The notes beneath the pieces are model-generated. The model saw nothing but the letters and a program-made list of their open reading frames with translations. It was not told the DNA's origin and made no database searches. DNA of 64,000 bases from a virus, in IMG/VR virus record IMGVR_UViG_3300049571_000380, positions 96,001 through 160,000 of that record, one strand, 5' to 3'. Position 1 is the first letter of the stretch. Each line of letters opens with the position of its first letter. Of the stretch, positions 19,145 through 28,827 are shown piece by piece. Position numbers and translations under genes: made by a program.

Positions 19145-19723
19145 TCAGTGGAACGGGCTCTGCATGAGCTGCGGGATCCAGTTGCCGATCTGGAGCGTGA
19201 TCTCGGCCCAGGTGCCGCCGCCGAGCGGGAAGAAGAACCCGCAGATGGCGCCGTACATCAGATCCTGCTTGTCGTCGTCCTTGTTCCGCATCGCGAGGAA
19301 CCCGAGGAAGAGGCAGATGCCACCGGCTCCGATGTCGGACAGGATCGGCCAGTCGGCCAGCGCCATGACGAGCCCCTGGAACCACCCGACCATGTCGACG
19401 ACGAATCCACCGGTCGAGCTGACGATCGACGTCATGGCCCACATTCCCACGAGGAATGTCATTGCGGACCGCCAGTCGAACCCTTCGCTCGGGCCTCCGT
19501 GGACCTTCGTCATCATGCGGCTGGTCGGCTGCTCCACAGCCTTCGTCATCAGGGCCTTGGTCAGACCTCCCCAGAGGAACATCTGCTGGCCCTTCTTGTT
19601 CCCCTTGATGCAGAGGAACGAGAGCACCAGCAGGATGATTCCGAAGCCCGCCATCGTGGTGTGACCCACCCACGAGTTCTCCGGAACGTTGATCTGCTGC
19701 TGCTGCGTGATCGCCAGAATCAC
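19145..19723 (-). CDS. Multi-pass membrane protein (transfer-region candidate)
   Basis: About 4 hydrophobic segments; start uncertain. Confidence 0.55.
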   Translation of the reverse strand: MILAITQQQQINVPENSWVGHTTMAGFGIILLVLSFLCIKGNKKGQQMFLWGGLTKALMTKAVEQPTSRMMTKVHGGPSEGFDWRSAMTFLVGMWAMTSIVSSTGGFVVDMVGWFQGLVMALADWPILSDIGAGGICLFLGFLAMRNKDDDKQDLMYGAICGFFFPLGGGTWAEITLQIGNWIPQLMQSPFH

Positions 19724-19957
19724 TTTTCCCTCACCTTCCCTGTGGGGCCGCCCTCCAGCGACCCCACAGATTCACCGGCCGGGACCGGCGGGCTTCAGTA
19801 TCGGAAGCCCGTCGAGGTCGTCGTCCTTCTGGAACACGACTCGTCCCCTTTCCAAGCGGCTCGTTCGTCCGCTTCGTACCTTCGGCCGGATGCGAACCGA
19901 CTTCCGGCCGGGACGAACCCGGCTGGGCTGCCACACGGCAGCGAAGGCCCTCGTGCA

Positions 19958-20920
19958 TCACCAGGCGGCGCCCGGTGCGTAGAGCAGGATCCCCGTGACG
20001 ATCGACGCCAGCGGGATCATGAGCACGGCGTGGAAGATGCCCGGCCCCATGCTCTGGGACTTCTCGCGCTCTTCCTCCGACATGGCCGACCGCTCACGGT
20101 TGAGCCGTTCGATCCGATCGAAGGCCCACATGGTCGCGTAGAACGCCATGCAGAACAGACCGGCGACCCAGAACTGCCACACCTGGAGGGTCCACGGCGA
20201 GCCGAAGATCGCCGTCACCTCGTCGGGGTACGCGACCCCCACGAAGAGGAGGACCGGAATCAGCCAGGCAGAATGCGTCAGCCACCTGATGCTGAAGGCG
20301 ACCATCCGCCCCCGGTACGTGCTCTGGGCCAGGTATCCGGCGACCTGATTCCGGATGAACATCAGGATCATGGGGGTGAGCCCCATGATCGCCGCCCAGA
20401 TCAGGCTGCCGAACCGGTCCGACTCGTACGCCATGCCGATCGTGTCCCTGAACCACCTGCCAGGGCCGTTCAGGATTCCCCATTCCGTGGTCGAGGTGCC
20501 GAAGCGGATTCGCTCGTACAGAGCGGTCAGAATCTGCGGTCCGACAGCCCACGACATCACCGAGGAGATCATGAACGAAGTGACGTACGGCCGGGTCTTT
20601 CCGTTGGCCGGGTCCAGTCCGTTCTTGATGGCGGCGGCTGCCGCCTGAACGGGCTTCATCACTTCGGCCGCGAGCTTCTTCTCCTCTGCGACCTTTTCCT
20701 TGACAGGGGCCAGGATCTTCTCGGCCTCCTGGCGTACCTTTTCCTTCTTCTCTTCCGCCTTGCCCTGACTCTCGGTCCACCGGGTGGTGGCCGAACCGAG
20801 CTTCCCCTTCAGCTTCTTGAGGTCGCCCTTCAGGGTTCGTGGCGGCTTCCGCTTCTGGCCCTTGAGGTGCACGGTGGGGGCCTTCGTCGGCTTCGGCGGA
20901 ATGGCTGCCTTCGTCGCCAC
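19958..20920 (-). CDS. Membrane protein with a Lys-rich N-terminus and 4-5 TM segments
   Basis: Basic coiled N-terminus followed by hydrophobic helices. Confidence 0.6.
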   Translation of the reverse strand: MATKAAIPPKPTKAPTVHLKGQKRKPPRTLKGDLKKLKGKLGSATTRWTESQGKAEEKKEKVRQEAEKILAPVKEKVAEEKKLAAEVMKPVQAAAAAIKNGLDPANGKTRPYVTSFMISSVMSWAVGPQILTALYERIRFGTSTTEWGILNGPGRWFRDTIGMAYESDRFGSLIWAAIMGLTPMILMFIRNQVAGYLAQSTYRGRMVAFSIRWLTHSAWLIPVLLFVGVAYPDEVTAIFGSPWTLQVWQFWVAGLFCMAFYATMWAFDRIERLNRERSAMSEEEREKSQSMGPGIFHAVLMIPLASIVTGILLYAPGAAW

Positions 20921-21154
20921 GTTTCTCCTTCCGTGTTACGGCTTTCCATCGGAAGCGAGTCCGATGTTGGCCTCTACGGTTGCCTCCAACCGAGCGATAT
21001 CCTGGTTGGCAGCGAAGTCAGAAAGCTGCCCCAGAGAAGCCTCCGGCACGTGCTGATCCTGCTGCACAACCGGCTCCTGAACCTCCCCGTTACCTTCCAT
21101 GTCGCCCTCTCTTCGGTCCCTGCTGGCGTTGTGGAGTCCAGCATGACACAATAC

Positions 21155-21164
21155 GGCCTAGGCC
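21155..21164. promoter_or_regulatory. Perfect GGCCTAGGCC operator between divergent promoters at the GntR gene
   Basis: Perfect palindrome 24 bp upstream of the GntR GTG start; minus-strand TTGTGG-17-CATGCT promoter overlaps it. Confidence 0.7.
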
Positions 21165-21187
21165 ACAAGCGCAGACGAGGAGAAAGA

Positions 21188-21922
21188 GTGAGCGAGCAGA
21201 TTCCCAAGTACCGTGCCATTGCGGCACATTACCGATTCAGGGTCACGTCCGGGGAGCTGGAGCCCGGTACCCCGCTGGAGTCTCGCCGGAAGCTCGCGAA
21301 GATCCACAAGACCTCGCGAGTCACCATCGACAAGGTGGTGGAACTGCTGACGGCCGAGGGGATCCTGGAGCCGTCGGACGGCAATCGGCCTCCGATCGTC
21401 GCCGACATCTCGCGTCGCACCGCGACCGTTCAGGACCGCGTCGGCAACGCCGCCGTCAGCGGTCGGGCGCTGGGGGCGAAGGAGACTTCCCGGATCCTGC
21501 GAGTGGAGGAAGTTCCCTGCCCCTCCGACATTGCCCCTCTCCTGGGGGTGCGGCCCGGTGACAAGGTGATCCTGCGGGAACGCCTGAACCTGGTCGAGGA
21601 CAAGCCGGTGGCCACGGGTCACTCGTACTACCCGCCGGAGGTCACCAACCTGACGCCGGAGCTGCGGACCCCGCAGTCCATCCCCTCGGGTTCGCGCGAA
21701 TTGGCGGCCGAACGGATGGGGTCGCGCCAGAAGGATCTGATTCCGGTGATCACGTCGCGCCTGGCGACGGACCGAGAGAGGGAACTACTGGAGCTGAAGG
21801 GTGCGTACGTGGTCGTCACGCAGACGGCACGCCGGATCCTCCTGGCCAACGGCAAGGTCGTCGAGGTCGCAGTGAAGATCTGCGAGGGCAACCGGCCGGT
21901 CTCGTTCCACGTGCCCCTGTGA
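21188..21922 (+). CDS. GntR-family (HutC/UTRA) repressor, KorA/TraR-like
   Basis: PKYRAIA...GELEPGTPLESRRKLA...SRVTIDKVVELLTAEG wHTH plus UTRA domain (RERLNLVEDKPVA...SYYP); GAGGAG RBS; the only + strand gene in the region. Confidence 0.9.
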   Translation: MSEQIPKYRAIAAHYRFRVTSGELEPGTPLESRRKLAKIHKTSRVTIDKVVELLTAEGILEPSDGNRPPIVADISRRTATVQDRVGNAAVSGRALGAKETSRILRVEEVPCPSDIAPLLGVRPGDKVILRERLNLVEDKPVATGHSYYPPEVTNLTPELRTPQSIPSGSRELAAERMGSRQKDLIPVITSRLATDRERELLELKGAYVVVTQTARRILLANGKVVEVAVKICEGNRPVSFHVPL

Positions 21923-21943
21923 GGAACCCATGCGGATGTGCAG

Positions 21944-21973
21944 AGCCCCCGTCGCAACGGTGCGACGGGGGCT
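21944..21973. terminator. Bidirectional hairpin terminator between convergent genes
   Basis: agcccccgtcgca / tgcgacgggggct 13-bp perfect inverted repeat. Confidence 0.75.
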
Positions 21974-21982
21974 TTCGCGTTC

Positions 21983-22708
21983 TCAGGGCTCGACCAGTTT
22001 GAAGGCGTCCTCGCCCCGGGCCAGCTCCTCCTTCATGGACTCGTAGTCCTCGTGACGGCACTGCGGGTACAGCCAGATCAGATGCGCCCGCATGTCGTCG
22101 TTCCAGCCTCGTTCGGTCTCGTCGTCGACCTTCACGCATTCGGCCGGGTTCACTCCGTACAGCCAGGTGAGCGCACCGAAGCCGATCCAGTGCCGCTGGC
22201 CGTCGTTGACGGACGTGATCCAGCCCGGGACGATGGCGTACTTCTTGCCCGCCAGCCCGCGCGGGAAGAGCGGACAGTCGCTTGGCTCGGGCTCGGGCTG
22301 ACGGGTTTCCTGCGCCAGTCGGTGAGCCAGGGATCCCTTCACTCCGGCTGGTTTGAACGGAGTGCGCCGCTTCGCCTTCAGGCGTTGGTCGTCCGGGGCC
22401 CAATCTTCGGGAACCGGCTTCCAGTCCTTGTCGGCTTTCCTCTTCTCGGGGTCCCACAGCGATGCCCCTCCGGCCTTCACCCAGCTCCGCACGTCGGCAA
22501 GATAGGTGGCGGAGAAAATCAACCCGCGCCTGTACTTGTCCATGGCAGAGAACCGGGTGTCGAGAACCATCCAGGACCCGAACTCCGGCTTTCCTTCATC
22601 GGCGTCGGAGTAGTACGCCTCGACGACGATGTGGTCATGGCCGTGCACCCGGTACTTCTTGTCGTACCGGCCGTTCGACGGGAGCCGGTGCAGCAAGGGT
22701 TCAGCCAC
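21983..22708 (-). CDS. Hypothetical protein
   Basis: 241-aa ORF coupled to the upstream gene. Confidence 0.55.
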   Translation of the reverse strand: MAEPLLHRLPSNGRYDKKYRVHGHDHIVVEAYYSDADEGKPEFGSWMVLDTRFSAMDKYRRGLIFSATYLADVRSWVKAGGASLWDPEKRKADKDWKPVPEDWAPDDQRLKAKRRTPFKPAGVKGSLAHRLAQETRQPEPEPSDCPLFPRGLAGKKYAIVPGWITSVNDGQRHWIGFGALTWLYGVNPAECVKVDDETERGWNDDMRAHLIWLYPQCRHEDYESMKEELARGEDAFKLVEP

Positions 22709-23363
22709 TGGCCGCCACCACGTTCCCGCTGAGGTCCACGAGAGCCACCTGGCCGGGGGCCTTCTTTACCGCGAACTCCACGGTTCCGGTTGCCGTCTCG
22801 CCGGGCTCGATCCTGCGGGACCCCGGGGCCAGCGTCCCCTCCCCGATCACGGCCGGGCGCCCGTCGCCCTTCACCATCGACGACATGACGACCACGGTCT
22901 CGTCGGTGTTGTTCACGACCGTCACCTTCACGACCGCTCCGACGTCGCCCGAGCCGTTGGGCACCGCAGTGAGAACCACCGTCTTCGGCGCTTCGGGAGT
23001 GGGTGCACTGGAAGCCTCGGCGCGGTCCTGGGCGCCCTCAGAGGGGCCACCCCCGGCCGCAGGGAGGAAGCCTTCCCGGGACGCCGAGGAGGAGCCCGTA
23101 GGGCTGTCTGCCGGGCTGTCGCCGCCGTGAGGCATGACGGTGAAAACCAGGACCCCCACGGCAGCGGCTCCAGCGGCTCCGAGAAGCAGGCTCCTGCGCC
23201 GGTCCGGCTTCTGCGCCTGCGGCTCTTCCTCCTGAGTCGGAGGAGCGGGCGGTGGCGGAGGAGGTGCGACGGGTTCGGGTTCCGGATCCCATCCGATCGC
23301 GGGTTCAACCCGGTCCGGCTCGCCTTCCTGTCGCGGTGCTGACGTGTTCCACCAGTCGGTCAT
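22701..23363 (-). CDS. Single-pass membrane protein with a Pro-rich N-terminus and Ig-like (DUF4352-like) C-terminus
   Basis: PPPPP stretch, TM LLLGAAGAAAVGVLVFTV, VKVTVVNNT...IEPGETATGTVEF. Confidence 0.55.
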   Translation of the reverse strand: MTDWWNTSAPRQEGEPDRVEPAIGWDPEPEPVAPPPPPPAPPTQEEEPQAQKPDRRRSLLLGAAGAAAVGVLVFTVMPHGGDSPADSPTGSSSASREGFLPAAGGGPSEGAQDRAEASSAPTPEAPKTVVLTAVPNGSGDVGAVVKVTVVNNTDETVVVMSSMVKGDGRPAVIGEGTLAPGSRRIEPGETATGTVEFAVKKAPGQVALVDLSGNVVAASG

Positions 23364-23569
23364 TCCCCGCCTCCTTTCCTTACCTTCCGGGCCACGTTCA
23401 TCCCCACGCCCGTTGCCGCCCCTGCGATCACGGCCCCGGTTGCGGGGACTCCGATCGCCGAGAACGTGGCGGTGTCCAGTGCGGCGCCCAGCAGGGCGGC
23501 CGTGGTCACGCTGTCGTCGACATCCTCGACCGCCTTGGCGATGGCCCAGGTGACGACCTTCTCCATCAT
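23360..23569 (-). CDS. Small Gly/Ala-rich hydrophobic peptide
   Basis: EDVDD followed by a glycine-zipper-like helix. Confidence 0.5.
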   Translation of the reverse strand: MMEKVVTWAIAKAVEDVDDSVTTAALLGAALDTATFSAIGVPATGAVIAGAATGVGMNVARKVRKGGGE

Positions 23570-23880
23570 GAGACGGGCCGAAGCGGCAGGGTCGCGCTGT
23601 AGGCGACCAGGTACTCGTAGCGCCACATGGAGTGCTCGCCGTCGTCGGTTCCCGTCTCGACGATGGTGGCCTCCTGGATGCGATACGCCATGCCGAGCCG
23701 GTCCCGGTACAGGGCTCCCGGCGGAAGCATCGGAATCGTCGGGTGCTCGCGCCCACCCTTCGGCGAGATGGTGATGAGCGCGTGCCGGATTTCGCTCTCC
23801 GGGTCGTCGTCCATCATCGGCTGGATCACAACGTAATTGGCGGACCCGGTTCCTCCGGATGCCTCGATTCGCCACGCCAT
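23566..23880 (-). CDS. Hypothetical protein
   Basis: 104-aa ORF with RBS. Confidence 0.5.
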   Translation of the reverse strand: MAWRIEASGGTGSANYVVIQPMMDDDPESEIRHALITISPKGGREHPTIPMLPPGALYRDRLGMAYRIQEATIVETGTDDGEHSMWRYEYLVAYSATLPLRPVS

Positions 23881-23940
23881 GTCATTCTCCTCTCCTACTT
23901 CAACACAACCAGAATACAGGCAAGTTGGGGAAAACAGGAA

Positions 23941-23962
23941 GCCCCCGCCCGAAGGCGGGGGC
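23941..23962. terminator. Hairpin terminator
   Basis: gcccccgcc / ggcgggggc around a cgaa loop, downstream of the SpdB-like gene. Confidence 0.6.
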
Positions 23963-23980
23963 CACTGCGGTGCGGGCGTG

Positions 23981-25144
23981 TCAGCCCTGGTTCATCCAGC
24001 TCGCGAGACCGTTCTCGACGAACCACTCCAGCGGGAAGGCGGTGGTCGCCTCGGTCACCCGGGGGGCGCCCGTCTGGTTGGCCTTCGCGAAGGCGGCCTT
24101 GGTGATGCCGCCCTCGGCCGCGTCGGCGGCGTAATAGCGCGCCGCCAGGTTCACCTTCCGGCGCTCGGCGTCGGTCAGGTTCAGGCCCTCCAGGCTGATG
24201 CCCTCCGCGTCGTCCTCCCCCTCGAAGGAGACACCGCCCTTGGCGAGCTGCGGCCGGGGGCTGGAGACGACCTGGCCCTGCACCAGGTTGAAGCCGAGGG
24301 GCGACCGCAGGCGGATGTCCTGCTCGGCGTCCATGCGCTCCATGGTGATCTCGGTCTGGGTGCGCATCGTCTCGATCTGGAGCTGGGCGTTCAGCCGCTG
24401 GCGCATCGCCTTGAGCTGGTTGGCGCCCTCCAGCTCGGCCTTCTCCGCCTCGAACTTCGCGTCGCGCTCCAGCTTCTCGCGCTCGATCTGGGCCTGGACC
24501 CTCTCGCGCTCGATCGCCGCCCTGCGACGCTCCTCGGCCAGGGCCGCCTCGTGCTCGCGGTTCTTCAGGATCATGTCGGCCTCGTGCTGCTCGGCGGTCG
24601 CCTCGGCGTCGGCCCGCGTGAGGCGGGACTTCCGCTTCTTCGCCGCCATCTGGGCCTTCTCCTCGTCCGTCAGGTCCGTCGGGTCCTTCAGGCCGTTCAG
24701 CGCCATCGTCCACGTGAGCTTCGTGAAGACCGGGAGCACCGCCGCGAAGGCCGCCGCACCGCCGCCGATCGTCGTTCCGTGGTAGCCGAGCAGGGCCGCG
24801 ACGAACAGGGCCTCGACCCACCCGATGACCGGGAGGAAGTCGAAGGGCTTCTTCCGCCTGGGCAGCTTGCCCATCAGCTTCTGACCCTGGTACTGGGCCA
24901 CCATCGTCGCGCTCCAGACGACGTCCATCGTCGCGGCGGCCGAGAGGGAGATCAGGCTGAGCCCGCCCAGCTTGTCGATGGTGAGCGCGTCGACCTTGTA
25001 CAGGTCGATGAAGGACCAGGTGCTCCAGGCGAGGGAGCCGATCGAGAGGATGCTCGCCATCAGAACCAGAACGGAGAAACGCTTCGGTCCGTCCTCGTCG
25101 GTGTCGACCTTCGCGACCTTCTCGGTGTTTTCCGTCGTGTCCAT
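23981..25144 (-). CDS. SpdB-like plasmid-spread membrane protein (4 TM plus coiled coil)
   Basis: ASILSIGSLAWSTWSF...AAATMDVVW TM block, long charged coiled coil and C-terminal HTH-like tail, as in Streptomyces Spd proteins. Confidence 0.6.
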   Translation of the reverse strand: MDTTENTEKVAKVDTDEDGPKRFSVLVLMASILSIGSLAWSTWSFIDLYKVDALTIDKLGGLSLISLSAAATMDVVWSATMVAQYQGQKLMGKLPRRKKPFDFLPVIGWVEALFVAALLGYHGTTIGGGAAAFAAVLPVFTKLTWTMALNGLKDPTDLTDEEKAQMAAKKRKSRLTRADAEATAEQHEADMILKNREHEAALAEERRRAAIERERVQAQIEREKLERDAKFEAEKAELEGANQLKAMRQRLNAQLQIETMRTQTEITMERMDAEQDIRLRSPLGFNLVQGQVVSSPRPQLAKGGVSFEGEDDAEGISLEGLNLTDAERRKVNLAARYYAADAAEGGITKAAFAKANQTGAPRVTEATTAFPLEWFVENGLASWMNQG

Positions 25145-25223
25145 GTCTGGGTTTCTCCCTTTCCGAAAACCCCCCGGTTTCTGAAACCTCGCTTGGGGGC
25201 GTTACGCATGACTGTGCCAGCGT

Positions 25224-25233
25224 GGCCTAGGCC
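25224..25233. promoter_or_regulatory. GGCCTAGGCC operator in the spacer of a TTGACA-18-CACAGT promoter (minus strand)
   Basis: Read directly from the sequence upstream of the SpdB-like gene. Confidence 0.7.
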
Positions 25234-25408
25234 GTGTCAAGCGAACCTGGGCCGGATCCCGGAAGTAGTCCGTTCTGTCCGAATTCACTGGGATTCGAGA
25301 ACGATGCCACGAACTGCCGCCCCACCATGTCCCCATTCGTCCGATTCGAGTGGAGAAGGACCACCCTTCGTTCGGCCTCTTCCGGAGGGGCGGCAGCTCT
25401 TCCGCGCT

Positions 25409-25840
25409 TCAGGAAGAACGGGATCCACGGAAGAGGCCACGAAGGAAGCCCTTCCGCTCGCTGCGATGCCGTCCGGAAGGGGCGGGAACCTCGCCGGAAA
25501 CCTGGTGACCAGCACCATCGGGATCGTCTGCCTCGATTCGTCCGGTTTCGTCTTCCAGAACCCACTCGGAAGGCGGTTCGATCGCGGTCATGTTCAGCAC
25601 GTAGACGTTCGCCCCGCGAAGCCCGGTGGAAGAGAAGCCCGGCTCCGTACGCAGCAGTCCGTTCCGGGTGAGTTCGGCCCTGGCCCGCACCAGGGCGCCC
25701 TGGGTCAGTCCGCTGTCCTTGAGGAGGGCGGATGTCGCCACCTGGGCCCGCCCGATTTCGTTCACGTGCTTCAGTAGGGCATCCAGCAGCTTTCCTGCCT
25801 CGTGGCCCAGTGCGCTTCGGTCGTAGGCGTTCTCGCTCAT
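25409..25840 (-). CDS. Winged-HTH protein
   Basis: SALLKDSGLTQGALVRARAELTRNGLL...GANVYVL. Confidence 0.6.
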   Translation of the reverse strand: MSENAYDRSALGHEAGKLLDALLKHVNEIGRAQVATSALLKDSGLTQGALVRARAELTRNGLLRTEPGFSSTGLRGANVYVLNMTAIEPPSEWVLEDETGRIEADDPDGAGHQVSGEVPAPSGRHRSERKGFLRGLFRGSRSS

Positions 25841-25943
25841 GCCGTCACCTTTCCAGTGGTCCGTGTCGGGCATCAGCGTACGGCGAAGGGCCGCCAGAAC
25901 ATCGTCTGGCGGCCCTTCAGGTAGGCCATCTCTGGTGGCCTGG

Positions 25944-27392
25944 TCACCCAGCCCAGGGGTCGTCGTTCAGGTCGCTCAGCCAGCGGCCCACCGTGGAGGC
26001 GTCCACGCCGAGGACACGGGCGCCTTCGGCGCGGCTCAGGTGCCCCTGCTGAATCTCTCCGTGCAGCCACGCGATGACGGCCGAGCGGGCTTCCTCCTTC
26101 TCCTCGGGCGTGAAGCCGGACTTCGGCGCCTGGGAGGCGTGGTACGTGAGCACGACCATCGGGTGACGGCCGACCGGAACCTGGGGCGTCTCGCGCCCCG
26201 CTTCTGCGGCCTCCTGGAGAACGGGAACCAGCTCGGGTGCCGCCTCTTCCTGGACGGGCTCCACGTCCGCCCCTGCGACCTCCGCTGCGGGCTCGATGTC
26301 GGGCGCCACCACCCACCAGTCCTCGTGCTCCGGATCGCTGCTGGCCGGGTAGGGCCCGGCCTGGGCGAACTGGACCTGCAACTCCCCCTGCAAGGGTTGC
26401 CGCACGATCTCCTTCTCCAGGCTGACCTGCACGGATTCCCTTGCATCGGGGGCCTCGTGCAAGGCCGTCTGCACGGAGGTCCGCAAGGGGGTGGTGGGAG
26501 CGTCCGGGATCAGTCCGTGATCACTCTCGGTGACACCCGAAACGTCCACGTTCGTCCACCCCGAAGTGGCCTGCTGCATGGGTTCCTGCATGTCGGGCAC
26601 AGGCTCCTTGATCAGCGAGTATGCCGGTTCTTTGGCGGCCTCCTGCGAGGTCTCGGTCCGGAAGTCGTCGGCGATCGAGGCGACGGCCTCGAACGACTGG
26701 CCCGACTTGTCCTGGTCTGCGACATCCGAAGTGGCCTGCTGCATGACCTGCGGCAACACCGTCGTAGGTGCCTCCGAGGCAGTTACGACACGGGTTTCCG
26801 CCTCGGACGAGATGGCCTGCTGCACCGGCTCCTGCAAATCCGACTGTTCGAATCGAGCAGTTTCGACCGAATCTTCCGAATCGTCCCCACCGTCTTCGGC
26901 TTCTTCGCCGGAATCCGAGTCTTCGACCTGCGGGTTTTCGAGGATCTGGGTGGGGCTCTCCGGCGAGGGGTCGACGAGCGTCTCCTTCTCGCCATCCTCA
27001 CTTTCCGTGTCCCCTTCCGTCTCGCCGTTCTCGGTGGCCCACGGCTCCTCGCGGCCCAGCTTCCGCTCGCGCGCGGAGAACACGGCCAGCCCGATCACGG
27101 TGAGGAGGATGGCCGCTCCCAGCGCCTGCGGAACGCTCGTCGAGTGGCCGCCCCTCTCCGGGCCCCCGGTCGCCGCACTCAGGACCACCCACACCGGGAT
27201 GAGCACGATGAACGCCCGGCCGCCCTTGGCCCACACCGAGCGGTGCTCGCCGTTCTCGTCCAGCTCCAGGACCCAGTTCTTGCTTCCGTGCAGCCCCCTG
27301 CGGAACATCCTGCCCAGCCCCTTGGAGCCGTTCTGGACCTCCATCGACTGCCTGATTCCCGCCGCTTGCGGGACCTTCACGCGGATCGCCAT
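25944..27392 (-). CDS. Membrane-anchored protein with a long acidic repeat linker and C-terminal HTH
   Basis: 2 TM segments, (M/V)QQA(T/I)S repeats, SRAEGARVLGVDASTVGRW; start moved to MAIRVK. Confidence 0.65.
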   Translation of the reverse strand: MAIRVKVPQAAGIRQSMEVQNGSKGLGRMFRRGLHGSKNWVLELDENGEHRSVWAKGGRAFIVLIPVWVVLSAATGGPERGGHSTSVPQALGAAILLTVIGLAVFSARERKLGREEPWATENGETEGDTESEDGEKETLVDPSPESPTQILENPQVEDSDSGEEAEDGGDDSEDSVETARFEQSDLQEPVQQAISSEAETRVVTASEAPTTVLPQVMQQATSDVADQDKSGQSFEAVASIADDFRTETSQEAAKEPAYSLIKEPVPDMQEPMQQATSGWTNVDVSGVTESDHGLIPDAPTTPLRTSVQTALHEAPDARESVQVSLEKEIVRQPLQGELQVQFAQAGPYPASSDPEHEDWWVVAPDIEPAAEVAGADVEPVQEEAAPELVPVLQEAAEAGRETPQVPVGRHPMVVLTYHASQAPKSGFTPEEKEEARSAVIAWLHGEIQQGHLSRAEGARVLGVDASTVGRWLSDLNDDPWAG

Positions 27393-27710
27393 GACCTCCT
27401 CATCTCCTCTCCGAGTGGCCCGCCGGAGCCGTTCCGGCGGGCCGTTTCCACTGCTTCTCGCAGGCCACTTTTTCAGCGTTCCTGGACCCACTTCTTGGGG
27501 TCGTTGTGCTCCTCCCAGGAGGGGACCACGATGCGGTCCCCGTACCTGGTGTACCCGATGTGCGTACCCGGCGGGATGAGCCGGTTGCCCGCCGACAGGC
27601 CGCCACAGGAGAGGCAGGGATCGCCCTCCAGGCGGCCGTGTTCGCAGCGGTGCAGGTCGAGCAGGAGCTTGGCCAGACGGCTCGTCTCGACCTCCTGCGG
27701 GGTCGGCCGG

Positions 27711-27920
27711 TCAGCCATGAACGGCTTCCGTGGTCCGCTCCGAAACGGGCGAATCGGTGCGAACTCCCTTGAATTCCGTGCAGGCGCAGGTCCCCCGCCC
27801 CTGGGCCAGCTTGTGACGGCACGCCGTCTTGGTACCCCGGACGTGCGTACCGGTGTGCTCGTGCCGGGGGTGGCCGCAGCCACTGGGACCCGTGCACAGC
27901 TCCTTGTCGTAGAGGCTCAT
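27711..27920 (-). CDS. Small Cys/His-rich protein
   Basis: CTGPSGCGHPRHEH...CRH...CACTEF. Confidence 0.5.
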   Translation of the reverse strand: MSLYDKELCTGPSGCGHPRHEHTGTHVRGTKTACRHKLAQGRGTCACTEFKGVRTDSPVSERTTEAVHG

Positions 27921-28214
27921 CGCTCCTCCTCGTTCCTGCTGGTCAGCGCTTCTGCGCCATCTCGTTCAGCGTTGCCGACAGCTTCGCATTCAGATCCAGC
28001 GCCTGCTCGTACGTCAGCTCGGCGAAGATGCCCGGGTCGTCGGACTCCTCTATCTGCTTCTCCGACAGGGGTACGTGCATCCGGGTGCCGAACCCCGTCT
28101 CCACGGGGCCGAGGCCACCGATCCTCACGTAGCTGCCCGGGGTCCAGCTCTCGCGGACCTGGAGCCGGGCACCCTTGTCGGCCTCGCTCAGGTTCTTCAG
28201 GGCCTTGATCTCGC

Positions 28215-28544
28215 TCACGCCTTCTCCTCGTCCGACCAGGTGTTTCCCTGGTAGTCCTTGTGCTCCGTGGCCGGGTGGTGCCCCTTGGGCTCCTCGCACT
28301 GCCACGGATTCACGGGGTGCTCGCCGTCGCACTTCTCGACGTTGCCGTGCTCGGCCATGGCCTCACGGATGATCGAGTCCTCGTCGAGGCCACCGACCCC
28401 ATAGCCCTCGGGGTCCCAGCTCTCGGCCTTGAGCGCCTTGATGAGGGCGGAGACCAGCTCGGTGCCGGAGATCTCGCCCTCCTCGCGCTGTTCGATGGCC
28501 TCGGACACCGTCTCGAAGATCCGGGTTCCGCCGGTCCAGCTCAC
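28215..28544 (-). CDS. Hypothetical protein
   Basis: 109-aa ORF with RBS. Confidence 0.5.
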   Translation of the reverse strand: MSWTGGTRIFETVSEAIEQREEGEISGTELVSALIKALKAESWDPEGYGVGGLDEDSIIREAMAEHGNVEKCDGEHPVNPWQCEEPKGHHPATEHKDYQGNTWSDEEKA

Positions 28545-28608
28545 GCTTTACTCCCTTCCGAAGGTTCTTACGAGGGTTCGCCCTGGAATCCAAGGCGAAC
28601 CCTCATCG

Positions 28609-28827
28609 TCATACCGTCTCTACGCGGGTGACGTGGGTGTAGACAGCCTGGTAGATCTCACGGACGTCCTCGGCGTCCACGTCGTCGAGTTCCACCAGGA
28701 CGGTGTGGTGCTCGCCCGTCACGTCGGTGCACGGCAGGCCGTTCACCGGGCACGGGCCGGTCTTCTTGTCGCGTGGGTTGTGCTCCGGGTTCTTCGGGAG
28801 CTTGACCGTGACCAGGTACTTCGCCAT
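28609..28827 (-). CDS. Small hypothetical protein
   Basis: 72-aa ORF coupled to the NlpC gene (TGATG). Confidence 0.5.
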   Translation of the reverse strand: MAKYLVTVKLPKNPEHNPRDKKTGPCPVNGLPCTDVTGEHHTVLVELDDVDAEDVREIYQAVYTHVTRVETV

